Source: a virus
Lineage: Duplodnaviria > Caudoviricetes
Reading direction: 5' to 3' (one strand)
Virus record (IMG/VR): IMGVR_UViG_3300011008_000041
Location: 1 to 64,000 of that record
Length of the DNA: 64,000 bases
The notes beneath the pieces were generated by a model. That model saw only the letters and a list, made by a program, of their open reading frames with translations, searched no databases and was not told the DNA's origin. A program made the translations under genes and the position numbers. Positions 45,880-55,730 of this stretch are shown piece by piece; positions within the stretch are counted from its first letter, which is position 1; every line of letters starts with the position of its first letter.

Positions 45880-46439
45880 CTAATCAATGTTGGTCCCTAA
45901 GTTTGGGGCGCGATCATTATGTATCTGCACCATATCGTAGAACAAGCCGGGGTTCATTCGGTAAAACTCGCGCCGTGTCAGGTGCAAATGAACAACAGCG
46001 TCGTAATTATGCCGCGCTCTTAGTCCCCGGCCTTTGCTTTTTTTGCACGTAATTCCTCCAAACCAAGATCAATCTCCTGGTTCTCATCTGCGGTCTCTCG
46101 CATATACCCCTTGTTGATTGCGTCAACAATAGCCGATTTCAACACGGCATATTCCAGCGGGGACATTCTGAGCGATATATCCTCCTCTTTCAGCATGGGA
46201 AGATGATCGTAACCAGCATCCCTGCGGTACAGTTCCGCATCGTTCACCATGCTGACCAAAAACCAGCGCATGGCCTCAAACGACGCTTTATCCTCACCGG
46301 ATAGGACATCCAGCGCCGCCCGAATGTTGCCAAACTTCTCCGTCATGTTAAACATGACTTCCACAGAGTAATTCAGGCAGCGTTCCTCGCCGTTTACCAT
46401 CACGGTTATCATTCTGTCCACGGCATACAACTCCTTCAT
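45880..46439 (-). CDS. tail assembly chaperone G (46020-46439) with -1 frameshift product GT (to 45880)
   Basis: A AAA AAA slippery run at 46038-46044; -1 frame open to TAG at 45880. Confidence 0.75.
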
Positions 46440-46534
46440 TATTTGGGCGGTTGCAACGCCCATACATCGTAGAAAAGCCCCACGGGGTATATAGGAATAC
46501 CCCGTGAGGGAAAAACTCGTTCGAGGCGCTTGGA

Positions 46535-47065
46535 TCAGGAAGTGATGGTGCACTTCGTATTGACGTATGCGATAGCGTCAGCGACGTTCTCGAACGTCTT
46601 GGTCTTTCTCCAATCGCCGTTGTCATCGGTAAACACCGTGAATGTGGTGTTTGCCGTCTGGAAGGTGATGGAACTGCCGCGCGTCTGGGCGTTGTCGTTA
46701 CCAAGCGCCGCCCGAACACGGGGATAGTAGAACGCTTTGTAATACTTCACGCCGTTACGCAGAAGCACCTTGTAATAGGCAAGAACGCCCTCCGGGGGCG
46801 TGTCTTCCTTGTTATAGGTGACTTCGCCTCCGCTGACCGTGCAGCCATAGATCGCGCTGGCGCTGGCATCCACCAGATCGTCAGTCTCCATGGCGAGGGA
46901 ACCGGAGGCGAATTCGGAAATCTGCTCCGCAAGACCGTCATCCGCAAACAGCTCGCCGGAGGCAAGGTTTACGGTCAGGTTGGCGGATACGAGCTTGCCG
47001 ATCACAACGCCGGTTACGGCATCGTTGGCTTTGAAGCAAGGGTAGTTGGCGCCAAATTCAGCCAT
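46535..47065 (-). CDS. major tail protein
   Basis: LFADDGLAEQISEF..YKAFYYPRV..TRGSSITFQT; position. Confidence 0.85.
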   Translation of the reverse strand: MAEFGANYPCFKANDAVTGVVIGKLVSANLTVNLASGELFADDGLAEQISEFASGSLAMETDDLVDASASAIYGCTVSGGEVTYNKEDTPPEGVLAYYKVLLRNGVKYYKAFYYPRVRAALGNDNAQTRGSSITFQTANTTFTVFTDDNGDWRKTKTFENVADAIAYVNTKCTITS

Positions 47066-47082
47066 TGAAGTTCATTCCTTTC

Positions 47083-47499
47083 TTACAGACCCTTTGAGGT
47101 CAGGTATTGATCATAGACGCGGGCAGCGGCGTCAACCGCTTCCTCCGCATAACGCTCGTTTGCTTCGCGGATGAATTGTCTCGCCGGTTGCCCGTGTTTT
47201 CCGTATTCGTTGATAAAGGCGATCTCTGCAATACGGTTTCCGTGTTGAGAGCCCTCGAAGGTCACATACATGGTCGCGTTGCCGGCATTCCGCTTGTATT
47301 TCCCGAGCCTTATACCTGAAACAACTCCGCCCCTGTAATACGGACCTTGAAGCATACTCGCCGCTGTTTGGCTTTGGCCGCGTTTGATAACCTCTCCCTC
47401 GGCCTGCAGCATCGCTTTCAGAACCGTATCCGGCAAGGTTGCCAGTTCCTTGAAACTGAAAGCGTATTCATCAAGCCCCGTTATCGTCATCGACGCCAT
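47083..47499 (-). CDS. HK97 gp10-like tail component
   Basis: IAFINEYGKHGQPARQFIR. Confidence 0.85.
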   Translation of the reverse strand: MASMTITGLDEYAFSFKELATLPDTVLKAMLQAEGEVIKRGQSQTAASMLQGPYYRGGVVSGIRLGKYKRNAGNATMYVTFEGSQHGNRIAEIAFINEYGKHGQPARQFIREANERYAEEAVDAAARVYDQYLTSKGL

Positions 47500-47830
47500 C
47501 TGTATCAACTCCTTCGGCTATCTCGCACTCGAACACGATGTGGCGGCTGTTCTCATCCGAGGCGTCCGTAATGGACGGCCAGGTGAATCCGGCAGCGTAC
47601 AACCTCTGCCTCACGCTCTTTTTAAGCCTCGTGATATTCACGTTCAGAGGGCAGAAAAAATGCACCTGCACGAGATATCGCTCGTGGCAAGGTGCATCAT
47701 CGGCAAAGTCTGCCGGGATAACAGTATAGTTGAATGCGAAATAGGTCTTGTTTTTGGTGAAACTCACCCCATTTGCCACGTCATACGAGAACGGATCCAG
47801 GGCGGTTACGATCTTGGAATCAACACTCAT
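47471..47830 (-). CDS. tail terminator/completion protein
   Basis: Synteny; YLVQVHFF..LYAAGF. Confidence 0.7.
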   Translation of the reverse strand: MSVDSKIVTALDPFSYDVANGVSFTKNKTYFAFNYTVIPADFADDAPCHERYLVQVHFFCPLNVNITRLKKSVRQRLYAAGFTWPSITDASDENSRHIVFECEIAEGVDTDGVDDDNGA

Positions 47831-48189
47831 CGTGCCGCCTCCCTTCGTCTCACTTTGATCTCCAGCCAGGCATTTCGCTCCTCAACATTGTCGATGGTCT
47901 CGATCTCATAAGGCTCTTCGTCCGATCCTTTGTAGATCAGGCAATCAGGTTTTATAAGGGGCGAATACCGGCAGGTGATCGTGGCGGGCTCCCGTACCTG
48001 CATCTGCATGGCGATATAGGCGTCGGAACCATGGGCATTTACCCATTTGCACATGACGGCCGTGCCTTCGCCAAAAACGTTCACTTCCGGGCGCACTGGG
48101 TATCCTTCGCTATCGGTTTTGTTGCCTTCGGTGATCTTCATGACGTAGATCGCCGTCCGCAGTTCGCCGGGGTTTGCGGATTTACTCAC
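47827..48189 (-). CDS. head closure/head-tail adaptor (SPP1 gp16-like)
   Basis: NPGELRT..TITCRY..YEIETIDNVEERNAWLEI. Confidence 0.85.
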   Translation of the reverse strand: MSKSANPGELRTAIYVMKITEGNKTDSEGYPVRPEVNVFGEGTAVMCKWVNAHGSDAYIAMQMQVREPATITCRYSPLIKPDCLIYKGSDEEPYEIETIDNVEERNAWLEIKVRRREAAR

Positions 48190-48500
48190 CCTGTATCACC
48201 GGTCCCCTCTGAAACACCGTCCTCTGCGAACCGAAGTTCCAGTACGAAACTGTTGATAAGCTTACGGGCGTTTTCTTCGGCGGTAGCCTGATAGGAGCCA
48301 GAGAACGACATTCCGCGGTTCTCGTAATACAAAGAGGCCAACGCCATGATGAACAGGTCATACATGGCGTTGTTCTCAAAATCAGGTATTCCCGCAGTCT
48401 TTGCTTTGGCTTTCGCCGCCGCAAGATATGGTTCGAGGTTTTCGGTGCTGTCGGGTGCAATCCGCAAATACTCTTTGAGGTTGGAGGTTGTAACCGACAT
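48186..48500 (-). CDS. head-tail connector (gp6/gp15-like)
   Basis: LKEYLRI..LASLYYENR. Confidence 0.85.
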   Translation of the reverse strand: MSVTTSNLKEYLRIAPDSTENLEPYLAAAKAKAKTAGIPDFENNAMYDLFIMALASLYYENRGMSFSGSYQATAEENARKLINSFVLELRFAEDGVSEGTGDTG

Positions 48501-48516
48501 ACGATCACCCGCCCTT

Positions 48517-48825
48517 TCAGGACTTGGTGACCGTTACGGTGTAAACCGTTTCATCCTCTCCGTTCGTCACCGTAATGGTGAGCGTGTTTTCACCCGCCTC
48601 CCATGTCGGGGACGAACCGTTTTCGATCGCCGTTTCGCCGAGCAGGATCGTGACCGTTGCGTTTTCATCCTCTGTGGTCACGGTGACCTTGTTCTGACCA
48701 TTCGTGGTGCTCACGGCATACTCAAGCGTTCCGGGATCGAAAGTCGGCGTAAGGGATAGCGCGCCGATAGTCAAGCCCGAGAGCTTCGGGCCTCCCTCAT
48801 CGGGACTATCGGCCGTTATTCCCCC
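48517..48825 (-). CDS. cadherin/Ig-like domain probably appended to the capsid protein by -1 frameshift
   Basis: No own RBS/ATG; -1 frame open from GGGGGAA (48819-48825) into LSGLTIGALSLTPTFDPGTLEY..YTVTVTKS. Confidence 0.7.
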   Translation of the reverse strand, partial: GGITADSPDEGGPKLSGLTIGALSLTPTFDPGTLEYAVSTTNGQNKVTVTTEDENATVTILLGETAIENGSSPTWEAGENTLTITVTNGEDETVYTVTVTKS

Positions 48826-49976
48826 GAGACTACCGCCAGGCGGAACGCGCTCTTGAGACGGATCTGCTGATCTCCCCAGGCGGTGAAGATGAAGTAGTAC
48901 TCGCCCTTCTTGCCGTCCTTGTCGGTCTCATACACAGCGCCGATATCGTAGTTGATACCGTAGTACTGGAAGTCGCCCACAACAGGAGTCTCGGCCTTGT
49001 CGCAGAACACGACAGGATAGCCGAGGATGGACGCAGGCTTGGAGCCGAACAGCGCCTCGCTGTCGTTGGTGAGCGTCTGGATCATCTCATAATAATCAGA
49101 CTTCTTCATGACAACGCGGGCGTTGGCAGCGAAGTCATCAGCGAGGTCGGCAAGCGCGGCCACGATGGCAGCGTACATGGTGGCACCGGTCTTCTCGGTG
49201 ATGGCACCGTCCTTGTAGAAGCTCATGTGCGCATGAGCGGTATCGGTGCCGCAGGCCGTCGCGGAGAGGAACGCATAGTGCTTCTCGCGCTTGGCAAGCG
49301 CAGAACGCAGAGCGCTCTCGACAGCGGTCACGACATCGAGGTCGGTGCCATACATGACGGTGTCCTTCAGGGTGGCGGTGACCTTCATCTTCATGCGGCC
49401 GTATGCGATGGAATCGCCCTCCATCTCGATCTCGTTTGCGGTCTGCTTGTCGGTCACATCCGCGATGTCGGTATCCTCGATGGTGAAGCCGAGCTTGGGC
49501 TCCTCCAGGCCGGTGATGTTGGTGACCCGGCAAATGGTGCGCAGGGGATTGACCTCAACAGGCTCAAGCACGAGCTGGCTGCTGAGGTTGGTGGGCAGGA
49601 GCTTATCGCCGCTGCCGAGATCGGCGTTCGCCGCAGGGATGCCGCCGAGGCCCTCATAGGCCTTGGACACGTCGCCGCCCAGGATAGCCGCACGATAGAA
49701 GTCAGCCTTCGCCTTGATGCGGACCTGCTCCTCGTTCATGCCGGCGCCGGAGCCGTTCTTCAGGGCAAGACGCTTGCGCTGGGCTTCCTCCTCCTCGGCG
49801 ATGTTGCCGTCGATGATGGAGATACGGTTCTTCAGGTCCTCGGCCTTTTTCTGGCGTTCCTGAAGATCCTCGGTGCTGACGGTGGGGTCGGCAGACTTGT
49901 TGAGGATGTCTTCCTTCACCGTGGACAGTTCCTGCTCAAGCTGGAACTTCTTTTCCTTCATTTCAAACAGAGTCAT
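48816..49976 (-). CDS. major capsid protein (HK97 fold)
   Basis: N-terminal coiled-coil delta domain; ILGYPVVF..VVGDFQYY..WGDQQI. Confidence 0.92.
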   Translation of the reverse strand: MTLFEMKEKKFQLEQELSTVKEDILNKSADPTVSTEDLQERQKKAEDLKNRISIIDGNIAEEEEAQRKRLALKNGSGAGMNEEQVRIKAKADFYRAAILGGDVSKAYEGLGGIPAANADLGSGDKLLPTNLSSQLVLEPVEVNPLRTICRVTNITGLEEPKLGFTIEDTDIADVTDKQTANEIEMEGDSIAYGRMKMKVTATLKDTVMYGTDLDVVTAVESALRSALAKREKHYAFLSATACGTDTAHAHMSFYKDGAITEKTGATMYAAIVAALADLADDFAANARVVMKKSDYYEMIQTLTNDSEALFGSKPASILGYPVVFCDKAETPVVGDFQYYGINYDIGAVYETDKDGKKGEYYFIFTAWGDQQIRLKSAFRLAVVSGE

Positions 49977-49994
49977 TTTCAGTTCGTCCTTTCG

Positions 49995-50807
49995 TTAAAA
50001 ATTTTCTTCCGCATATTTGCGGATGGCTTCACGTTTTGCACGTTCGTCGGCAGACAGCATCGCCGTCTGCAAGTGTTTGATGACCGCCTCGTTTGCTTCG
50101 GGATACTCGGCCAATTCCTCGACGGACATTTTCATAATCGTCTCGTGAATGTCGATCCCGGCGCATTTCAGGCTCTTTGTGGCTCCCGCCCCTCTCTGAG
50201 CGGGAACAGCGACAAAGGAGAATTCATAGGCGTCCCCAGGGTCTCTCAGTTCGCCAATGCACCGAACACCGTCGTAGAGTTCGCCCAAGACGTGATCGTT
50301 TTTGCACTTGCGACGCCCGGTGGCCCAACTGAAAAAGAGTTCTTCACCACAAAGGGAGCAGTGTGCGCGGCTCTTGGTGGCGAAGCCCACCGAGACTTCC
50401 TTCACAATGCCGCCCTCGATTGCCTCGATCATGGCCTTGTTATCATCGTTGCACAGCATGTAGGCGCTACCGTGCAGACGTTTGAGCGGCTGACCCAAAC
50501 TGTTCTTCTCCTTTGTGGTCTGCACTTCGACGCGATAGAGCCGCGCGACCTGGTTATTTGCCGTCCAGTTATGATCCTTGATACCGGTCTTGCCGACGAA
50601 CAGTTCAGCAAGGGTATCAAGCGCCTCGTCTGTAAAGCGTTCCAGATCACGGTCTACCTCGTTGTCGCAGAGCACGACGTTGAAACAGAAAACGTCATCA
50701 GCGGTAAGCTCCTTCAAGCTGTACTGATTGATCAGGTCGATATCGGCCTCGGCGTTGGCTTTCGTGATGGAATTCGATTTGTATTTCAGTTCAATTTCCA
50801 AGCTCAA
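49995..50807 (-). CDS. prohead maturation protease
   Basis: TTG start with aaggagg RBS; DRDLERF..KEVSVG..YEFSFVAVPAQ. Confidence 0.85.
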   Translation of the reverse strand: MSLEIELKYKSNSITKANAEADIDLINQYSLKELTADDVFCFNVVLCDNEVDRDLERFTDEALDTLAELFVGKTGIKDHNWTANNQVARLYRVEVQTTKEKNSLGQPLKRLHGSAYMLCNDDNKAMIEAIEGGIVKEVSVGFATKSRAHCSLCGEELFFSWATGRRKCKNDHVLGELYDGVRCIGELRDPGDAYEFSFVAVPAQRGAGATKSLKCAGIDIHETIMKMSVEELAEYPEANEAVIKHLQTAMLSADERAKREAIRKYAEENF

Positions 50808-50859
50808 ATCCTCCTTTCCTCGAAGATTTCCGCGTGAGAGGTATGAAAAAACCGGCGCC

Positions 50860-51003
50860 TCATTTGGCGTCGGTTGCGGACTGGTTTTTCGCCCTGGCAA
50901 TATCCCTGCACAAGGCATCATCCCGCTTATCGGGAGGGAGAAGGTAATACATCGAGGCGTTGATGCCGAGGGCCTCAGCCTCTTTCATCAACTCCTCATT
51001 CAT
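50860..51003 (-). CDS. 47-aa protein between portal and protease (not in ORF track)
   Basis: MNEELMKEAEALGINASMYYLLPPDKRDDALCRDIARAKNQSATDAK; overlaps the portal stop. Confidence 0.5.
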   Translation of the reverse strand: MNEELMKEAEALGINASMYYLLPPDKRDDALCRDIARAKNQSATDAK

Positions 51004-52300
51004 CGGCCGTTTCCTCCGGCTTTTTGGGTTCCTCTGACTCTTCCGTCTTTGTCGGCGGCGTTTTTCCCGCCGCCAAAACCTTCGGCTTGTCGTTGACGGT
51101 ATAGTCCAGCGTTGCCAGATCCTGCGAGACGAGCGCCTTACTTCCTACGCCGCCCGGAAGAGCCGGAAGATTGCGGGAGGCACGTATCTCATCGACTGTT
51201 TTCCAGCCGGAACGCACAGCCTTGTAGTCAACCTCGGCCTGCGTCGAGGCGTCCGCCCGCAGTACGGCGTCCATATCGAACTTGAAATGAAAACCGCGGC
51301 GCCGAAGCTCCGCGGTCAGTAATTTACGATTCAGTTCTTGCTCATAGGCGGTGACAATGGGCAGCATCGTCATGGTCAGGAATTCAAGCATCTGCTGCTC
51401 CTGATTGCCAGAGCCGCCCTCGGAATAATCACCGAGAAGATGCGGCGGGATGTTATAGACCATCGCCACCTTAGATCTTGTGATCTTCTCCACCTCGAAC
51501 AACTTGGTATCAACCGGCGACAGGTTCAGCGTGGATGCTTTTACGCCAGATTCCAGAAGCAGGATATTGCCCGATGTCTCCCGATAAGTCTCCATAAAGG
51601 ACTCAATCATGGCTTTCTTCTGCGAGTCGCCCAGATTGGCAGGAGCCTCGAGGACAATAGCGGAATTCACGCCCTGTTCCAACAGTTCCTTTTGGAAGGT
51701 CTGGATTTTGTCGCTATATCCCAAGGTATCAAACAGCACCCTGACAGGGTTCACGCCGATGTATCCGTTTGTGGAGATAAACGGCACATGAAGCATATAG
51801 AAATTGTGGATGTAGTAGTCGTTCCCGTGTTCAGGCCTGACCCTATACCACAATTCCTGAGATTCCACTTCCATAATCGGGGTGACACGCAAAGGGTCCA
51901 GAATATCAAGGCGCGATAGAATACCGTGTACGTCGTAGACTTTCAGAGCGTAGGCATTGCCGGACGTAGAGCGGCATGCTTCCATCGTCTTGAAGAAATT
52001 ACAGCTCGTCATGCTTGGATTTGGGGAAAATCCAACCATATCGCTAAGCGCATTGTTGTACAACTTCGCGCCCTTGTACAGGTGAACGGGCATAGCGGAG
52101 AGCGAATTTGCTATCCTGGACACAGCGGAGAAAATCAATTCGCTGTTCTCCAGCGTGTAGTCGCCGCGTCGTTTGAACAGTTGATCTCCGCGATCCAGCC
52201 GCCAGCGGCTTGGCACGGTCAGACCTTCCGCGATAGCCGCCTTGATGATCCTGTTCCGGCGACGCTGCTTTCGCCTTTCTTTAAAAGTCAAGTGCATCAA
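50996..52300 (-). CDS. portal protein (HK97 family)
   Basis: SGNAYA..FEVEKITRSKVAMVYNIPPHLLG..TVDEIRASRNLP. Confidence 0.95.
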   Translation of the reverse strand: MMHLTFKERRKQRRRNRIIKAAIAEGLTVPSRWRLDRGDQLFKRRGDYTLENSELIFSAVSRIANSLSAMPVHLYKGAKLYNNALSDMVGFSPNPSMTSCNFFKTMEACRSTSGNAYALKVYDVHGILSRLDILDPLRVTPIMEVESQELWYRVRPEHGNDYYIHNFYMLHVPFISTNGYIGVNPVRVLFDTLGYSDKIQTFQKELLEQGVNSAIVLEAPANLGDSQKKAMIESFMETYRETSGNILLLESGVKASTLNLSPVDTKLFEVEKITRSKVAMVYNIPPHLLGDYSEGGSGNQEQQMLEFLTMTMLPIVTAYEQELNRKLLTAELRRRGFHFKFDMDAVLRADASTQAEVDYKAVRSGWKTVDEIRASRNLPALPGGVGSKALVSQDLATLDYTVNDKPKVLAAGKTPPTKTEESEEPKKPEETADE

Positions 52301-52325
52301 GCCTCCTTTGTTCGTTCCAAAGCCA

Positions 52326-54056
52326 TCACGACAGCTTTATCACGGTTGTCAGTTGTTTATCTTCCGGGATATACGTCGGGTGTTTACGCAAATACTCGGT
52401 ATGAGCGTCTAAAAACGCCGCAAAACCGTCAATTTTGCGATATTTTGACTGTTTTGTGGGCAAATAGGTCGCATTTGCCGACCTTTTCGTGAGTTTCACG
52501 TTGCCCAGATACCAGTTGAACATGGCGTTATTGTTGTGGATGATCTTTCCGTCCAGAAAACGCTCTTTGAGGTTATCCAGCGGCGCGGTCAGAGTAAGCT
52601 CGCCCTGCCGGACTTCATTCATAACGAATCCCGTTTCTTTCATTTTCTGAACCATCATGAACGCCTTTGCCGGGTCATAGCCGATAGAGTCAATGCGGTA
52701 GATTTTCCGCATATCCTCAAACCACTGATAGACGAGCATGTAATCCACATATTCGCCCTCGCAGATCGTGAGCAGATCTTTCTTCACAAGCGTCTGCCAA
52801 TCTAGCTTTTCGTGATCGATCTCGACCTTCTTTTGAGGCACCCAAGTGTGCTCCAAAACGAAAAAATAGTTGTCTCGAAGGGGGAATTCGAGGCATGCGG
52901 AGGTAAAATCCTCGGTTTCTGCGAGGTCAAAGCCCCCGTAGCAGAGCTCTCCGCGCAGCGATTCGATGTCGATTTCCTTATTGTTCTTCCTTATCGTTTT
53001 GACGTCGAGGAAAGAAAGTTCATCGACCATCGTAAACACATTGAGTTGCTTGTTGATGAAGTTGGAGCGTTCGGCAGGAATGGACTTCACCCGCTCCCAC
53101 TCGTCAATCAGATCATCCAGATCAAGGAGAGCGCCAAGGGATGGGTTGGCCTTGGCCCAGCAACTTGTATCATTCGGATCGTCATCCTCGTCGATCTCGT
53201 CGATATATACGAACATTCGATCTGCGGCTCTCTGCGAAATAGCGCCTGTATCGTCCAAAATCTGGCTTCCAAGCACGTAAAAGTCCATCAAAGGGCCGTC
53301 TATGACCGTTCCGAGGGTCGAAATATAGATAATCAAGGGCTGTTTTCGCTTTTTCAGCTTGCCCTTGATGACGTTTATGAGCTTGTAGTCCCGAAACTCG
53401 TGGATCTCGTCGAACACGCCGATGTGCACGTTGCGCCCGTCGAGGTTTTTGCTTTCCGAAGACAGCGGTTCAAACTTGGAATTCTTGAAGTACATTCCGT
53501 CGCGCCGAACCTCAATGTGCTTCGAGAGGATCTTACTCCCGGATACCTGTGCGGAGCATTCATCAAAAATGATGCGGGCCTGTTCACGGGAGTTCGCGAG
53601 ACAATAGATCTCTGCGCCTCTCTCGCCGTCCTTTGTGAGTCCGTATGAACCGTTTCCGGCGATCATAGTGCTCTTTCCGTTGCCTTGTCCGACCAGAATC
53701 AGGGCCTCCCGGAAGCGCCGATAGCCTGTTTTTCGCGAAATCCAACCATAGAGATTGGCTTCCACGAAGTGTTGCCATGGCAAAAGCTCCATGCGGCTGT
53801 AAGCACCTTTTGTCGGCGTCAAAAACCGCTCCATGAAATCAATGGGGCGGTAGGCTTTTTCGATGTCAAATTCCCAGGGGTATTGAGGGTCAGTCGCCGA
53901 CTTTTCCAGCTCGTTCACAAATCTTATGCAGGATTGTTGGCGTTTCTTGCCGGACACGATTTTCCCGTCAAGAACGTCAACGCAAAACTGGAACGCTTTG
54001 GACGCCTGAATGATACTCGCGATATGGAGTTCCGGGTATAGTTCCTTAAAAGACAT
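52326..54056 (-). CDS. terL: terminase large subunit
   Basis: Walker A VGQGNGKS, Walker B FDEIHE, GGFDLA, KIDGFAA nuclease motifs. Confidence 0.95.
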   Translation of the reverse strand: MSFKELYPELHIASIIQASKAFQFCVDVLDGKIVSGKKRQQSCIRFVNELEKSATDPQYPWEFDIEKAYRPIDFMERFLTPTKGAYSRMELLPWQHFVEANLYGWISRKTGYRRFREALILVGQGNGKSTMIAGNGSYGLTKDGERGAEIYCLANSREQARIIFDECSAQVSGSKILSKHIEVRRDGMYFKNSKFEPLSSESKNLDGRNVHIGVFDEIHEFRDYKLINVIKGKLKKRKQPLIIYISTLGTVIDGPLMDFYVLGSQILDDTGAISQRAADRMFVYIDEIDEDDDPNDTSCWAKANPSLGALLDLDDLIDEWERVKSIPAERSNFINKQLNVFTMVDELSFLDVKTIRKNNKEIDIESLRGELCYGGFDLAETEDFTSACLEFPLRDNYFFVLEHTWVPQKKVEIDHEKLDWQTLVKKDLLTICEGEYVDYMLVYQWFEDMRKIYRIDSIGYDPAKAFMMVQKMKETGFVMNEVRQGELTLTAPLDNLKERFLDGKIIHNNNAMFNWYLGNVKLTKRSANATYLPTKQSKYRKIDGFAAFLDAHTEYLRKHPTYIPEDKQLTTVIKLS

Positions 54057-54408
54057 CGAATTCATCCCCCTCGTCGCCATCATTGGACAGCGGCTGGACG
54101 ATGTATCTGAGCAAAAGCTGGGCTGTCCGGTCTGCTGCCGCCGCCGTTGCGTTGTAGGCGTTCACGGCAGGGTGGACATAGATGTTCTGACGGCCCTTGA
54201 CGTACTCTTTCGTCACCATGAGGCCGTCTTCGCTTATGGATTTCTGGAGCTCGGCAAGGTGGCCTATCAGCTCCTGATACCGTTTGAACGCCGTCACGAA
54301 CATGAAACTGTGCTCCACACCTTTGGCGGTTGCCTTTTCAAGGATTTCCATCGCCTGAGCGTTGAGGTCCACCCGGATTACGTTCTGCTTTTCCTTTGCC
54401 ACACTCAC
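54046..54408 (-). CDS. terS: terminase small subunit (P27 family)
   Basis: DGLMVTKEYVKGRQNIYVHPAV. Confidence 0.9.
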   Translation of the reverse strand: MSVAKEKQNVIRVDLNAQAMEILEKATAKGVEHSFMFVTAFKRYQELIGHLAELQKSISEDGLMVTKEYVKGRQNIYVHPAVNAYNATAAAADRTAQLLLRYIVQPLSNDGDEGDEFDVF

Positions 54409-54419
54409 AACCTCCTTTC

Positions 54420-54555
54420 CAAAAAAACGTTACGCATAACTCGCGGTGAAAAGGTATAAGGGCGCGCGGTTACATACGGCCCCTGTTTCGGCTCGAAGGG
54501 TAGGGGGGTATCATCGCCCGACAAGGCCGGGCACCCCATCCGATCGTGATGATGA
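54420..54555. other. probable cos region
   Basis: Non-coding gap between HNH and terS with TACCCCCCTACC and CGCGCGCCC motifs on minus, the usual position in HK97-like cos phages. Exact cut site not determinable. Confidence 0.5.
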
Positions 54556-54558
54556 CAA

Positions 54559-54921
54559 TCAATCGAGCTCGCTGCCATCAGTGATCTTGATGACCTTCAC
54601 TCCTGACGGAACGCTCACAGACTTCCGTCCGTGAGACTTCGTCTGCTCATGACAATCCCAACAAAGCGATTGAAGGTTCGAGAGATCCAACGCAAGAGAA
54701 GGAAAGTCTTCAAGTGGTTGAATGTGATGAACTTCTGTCGCTTTCGTGAACCGATGGTTTTTCAGACAGGCTTGGCAGAGGTAATGATCACGCTGGAGGG
54801 CCATCTGCCGAATCCGTCGCCATGCGCTTGTGTGATAAAAGCCCTGGCTTTTTAGGCTATCCTTTTTCCCCTCCCCCGTTTTTAGGGCCGGGTGATAGCC
54901 AGGGCGTTTTTCAGTGGCCAT
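54559..54921 (-). CDS. HNH endonuclease (HK97 gp74-like packaging cofactor)
   Basis: RDHYLCQAC..EVHHI..NLQSLCWDCH. Confidence 0.92.
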   Translation of the reverse strand: MATEKRPGYHPALKTGEGKKDSLKSQGFYHTSAWRRIRQMALQRDHYLCQACLKNHRFTKATEVHHIQPLEDFPSLALDLSNLQSLCWDCHEQTKSHGRKSVSVPSGVKVIKITDGSELD

Positions 54922-55087
54922 ATTTATTTTTGCGGCGCGTCTTCTCCCACTGGTCGAACTTGTCCCGCGTCACGGTATCCCTCACGCATGAGGCCTTGCC
55001 GCACCCCTTATACCCGGCATGACAAATACAGACGGTGCGTCCTTTCCTTACGTCGATGTATACAGGGATTTTCTCAGTGGTCTGCAC
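54911..55087 (-). CDS. small Cys-rich protein
   Basis: GTG start with ggagg RBS; CICH..C..C. Confidence 0.5.
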   Translation of the reverse strand: MQTTEKIPVYIDVRKGRTVCICHAGYKGCGKASCVRDTVTRDKFDQWEKTRRKNKYGH

Positions 55088-55202
55088 AGCGCCGTCCTCC
55101 TCTCGTGGTGGATATAATAAATGCCGGACTTTCACCGGCGCGGTTTGTCGCATCTCAACGCAGTATTGCGCAGCCGCCGTGGAGCGTATTTTCAGGAGGT
55201 GC

Positions 55203-55730
55203 CTACACGTTCTTATAGACCACTGCCCGGCTATACCCGGTGACATCTTCTGTCATCAGCGCGAGGAACTCCTCACGGGTGAAGCCGGACAGTCGGAACA
55301 CTTCCTCTGGTCTCATGCCGAGCTGCTTGCCGATCTCCTGCACAGACTTCCCCTCGTCGAGGAGCTTTTTTACGATGGCCTTCATCGGCTCCAAGAGGTG
55401 CTGCCCCCTTGCGCGATTATGGGTAATCGTGCCGTACACGTCGGCGCTTTCGTCGCCGGCGTGGTCTACCACGACAACGGGAACCTTGCCGCCCAGCATA
55501 GAAAGAAGCGGCTCCCTGCCGCTGACTGTCCAGCGGTGGAAGCCGTCGATGATGGTATAATCAGGGCGCACCACAATGGGAAGCGTCCAGCCGTTGGTGA
55601 GAATGGATTGTGTGAGGAGCTTCAAGTTCTCCTCGCTGACCTTGTTCGGGTTATATGAATTGGGTATGACCTTGTCACGATCCACCCACTGCAACGACGC
55701 CAGCGGCGCGAAGATGTTCATGTCAGCCAT
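55203..55730 (-). CDS. ParB/Srx-domain protein (IbrB-like)
   Basis: PNSYNPN..GWTLPIVV..IIDGFHRW..TITHNRARG. Confidence 0.88.
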   Translation of the reverse strand: MADMNIFAPLASLQWVDRDKVIPNSYNPNKVSEENLKLLTQSILTNGWTLPIVVRPDYTIIDGFHRWTVSGREPLLSMLGGKVPVVVVDHAGDESADVYGTITHNRARGQHLLEPMKAIVKKLLDEGKSVQEIGKQLGMRPEEVFRLSGFTREEFLALMTEDVTGYSRAVVYKNV

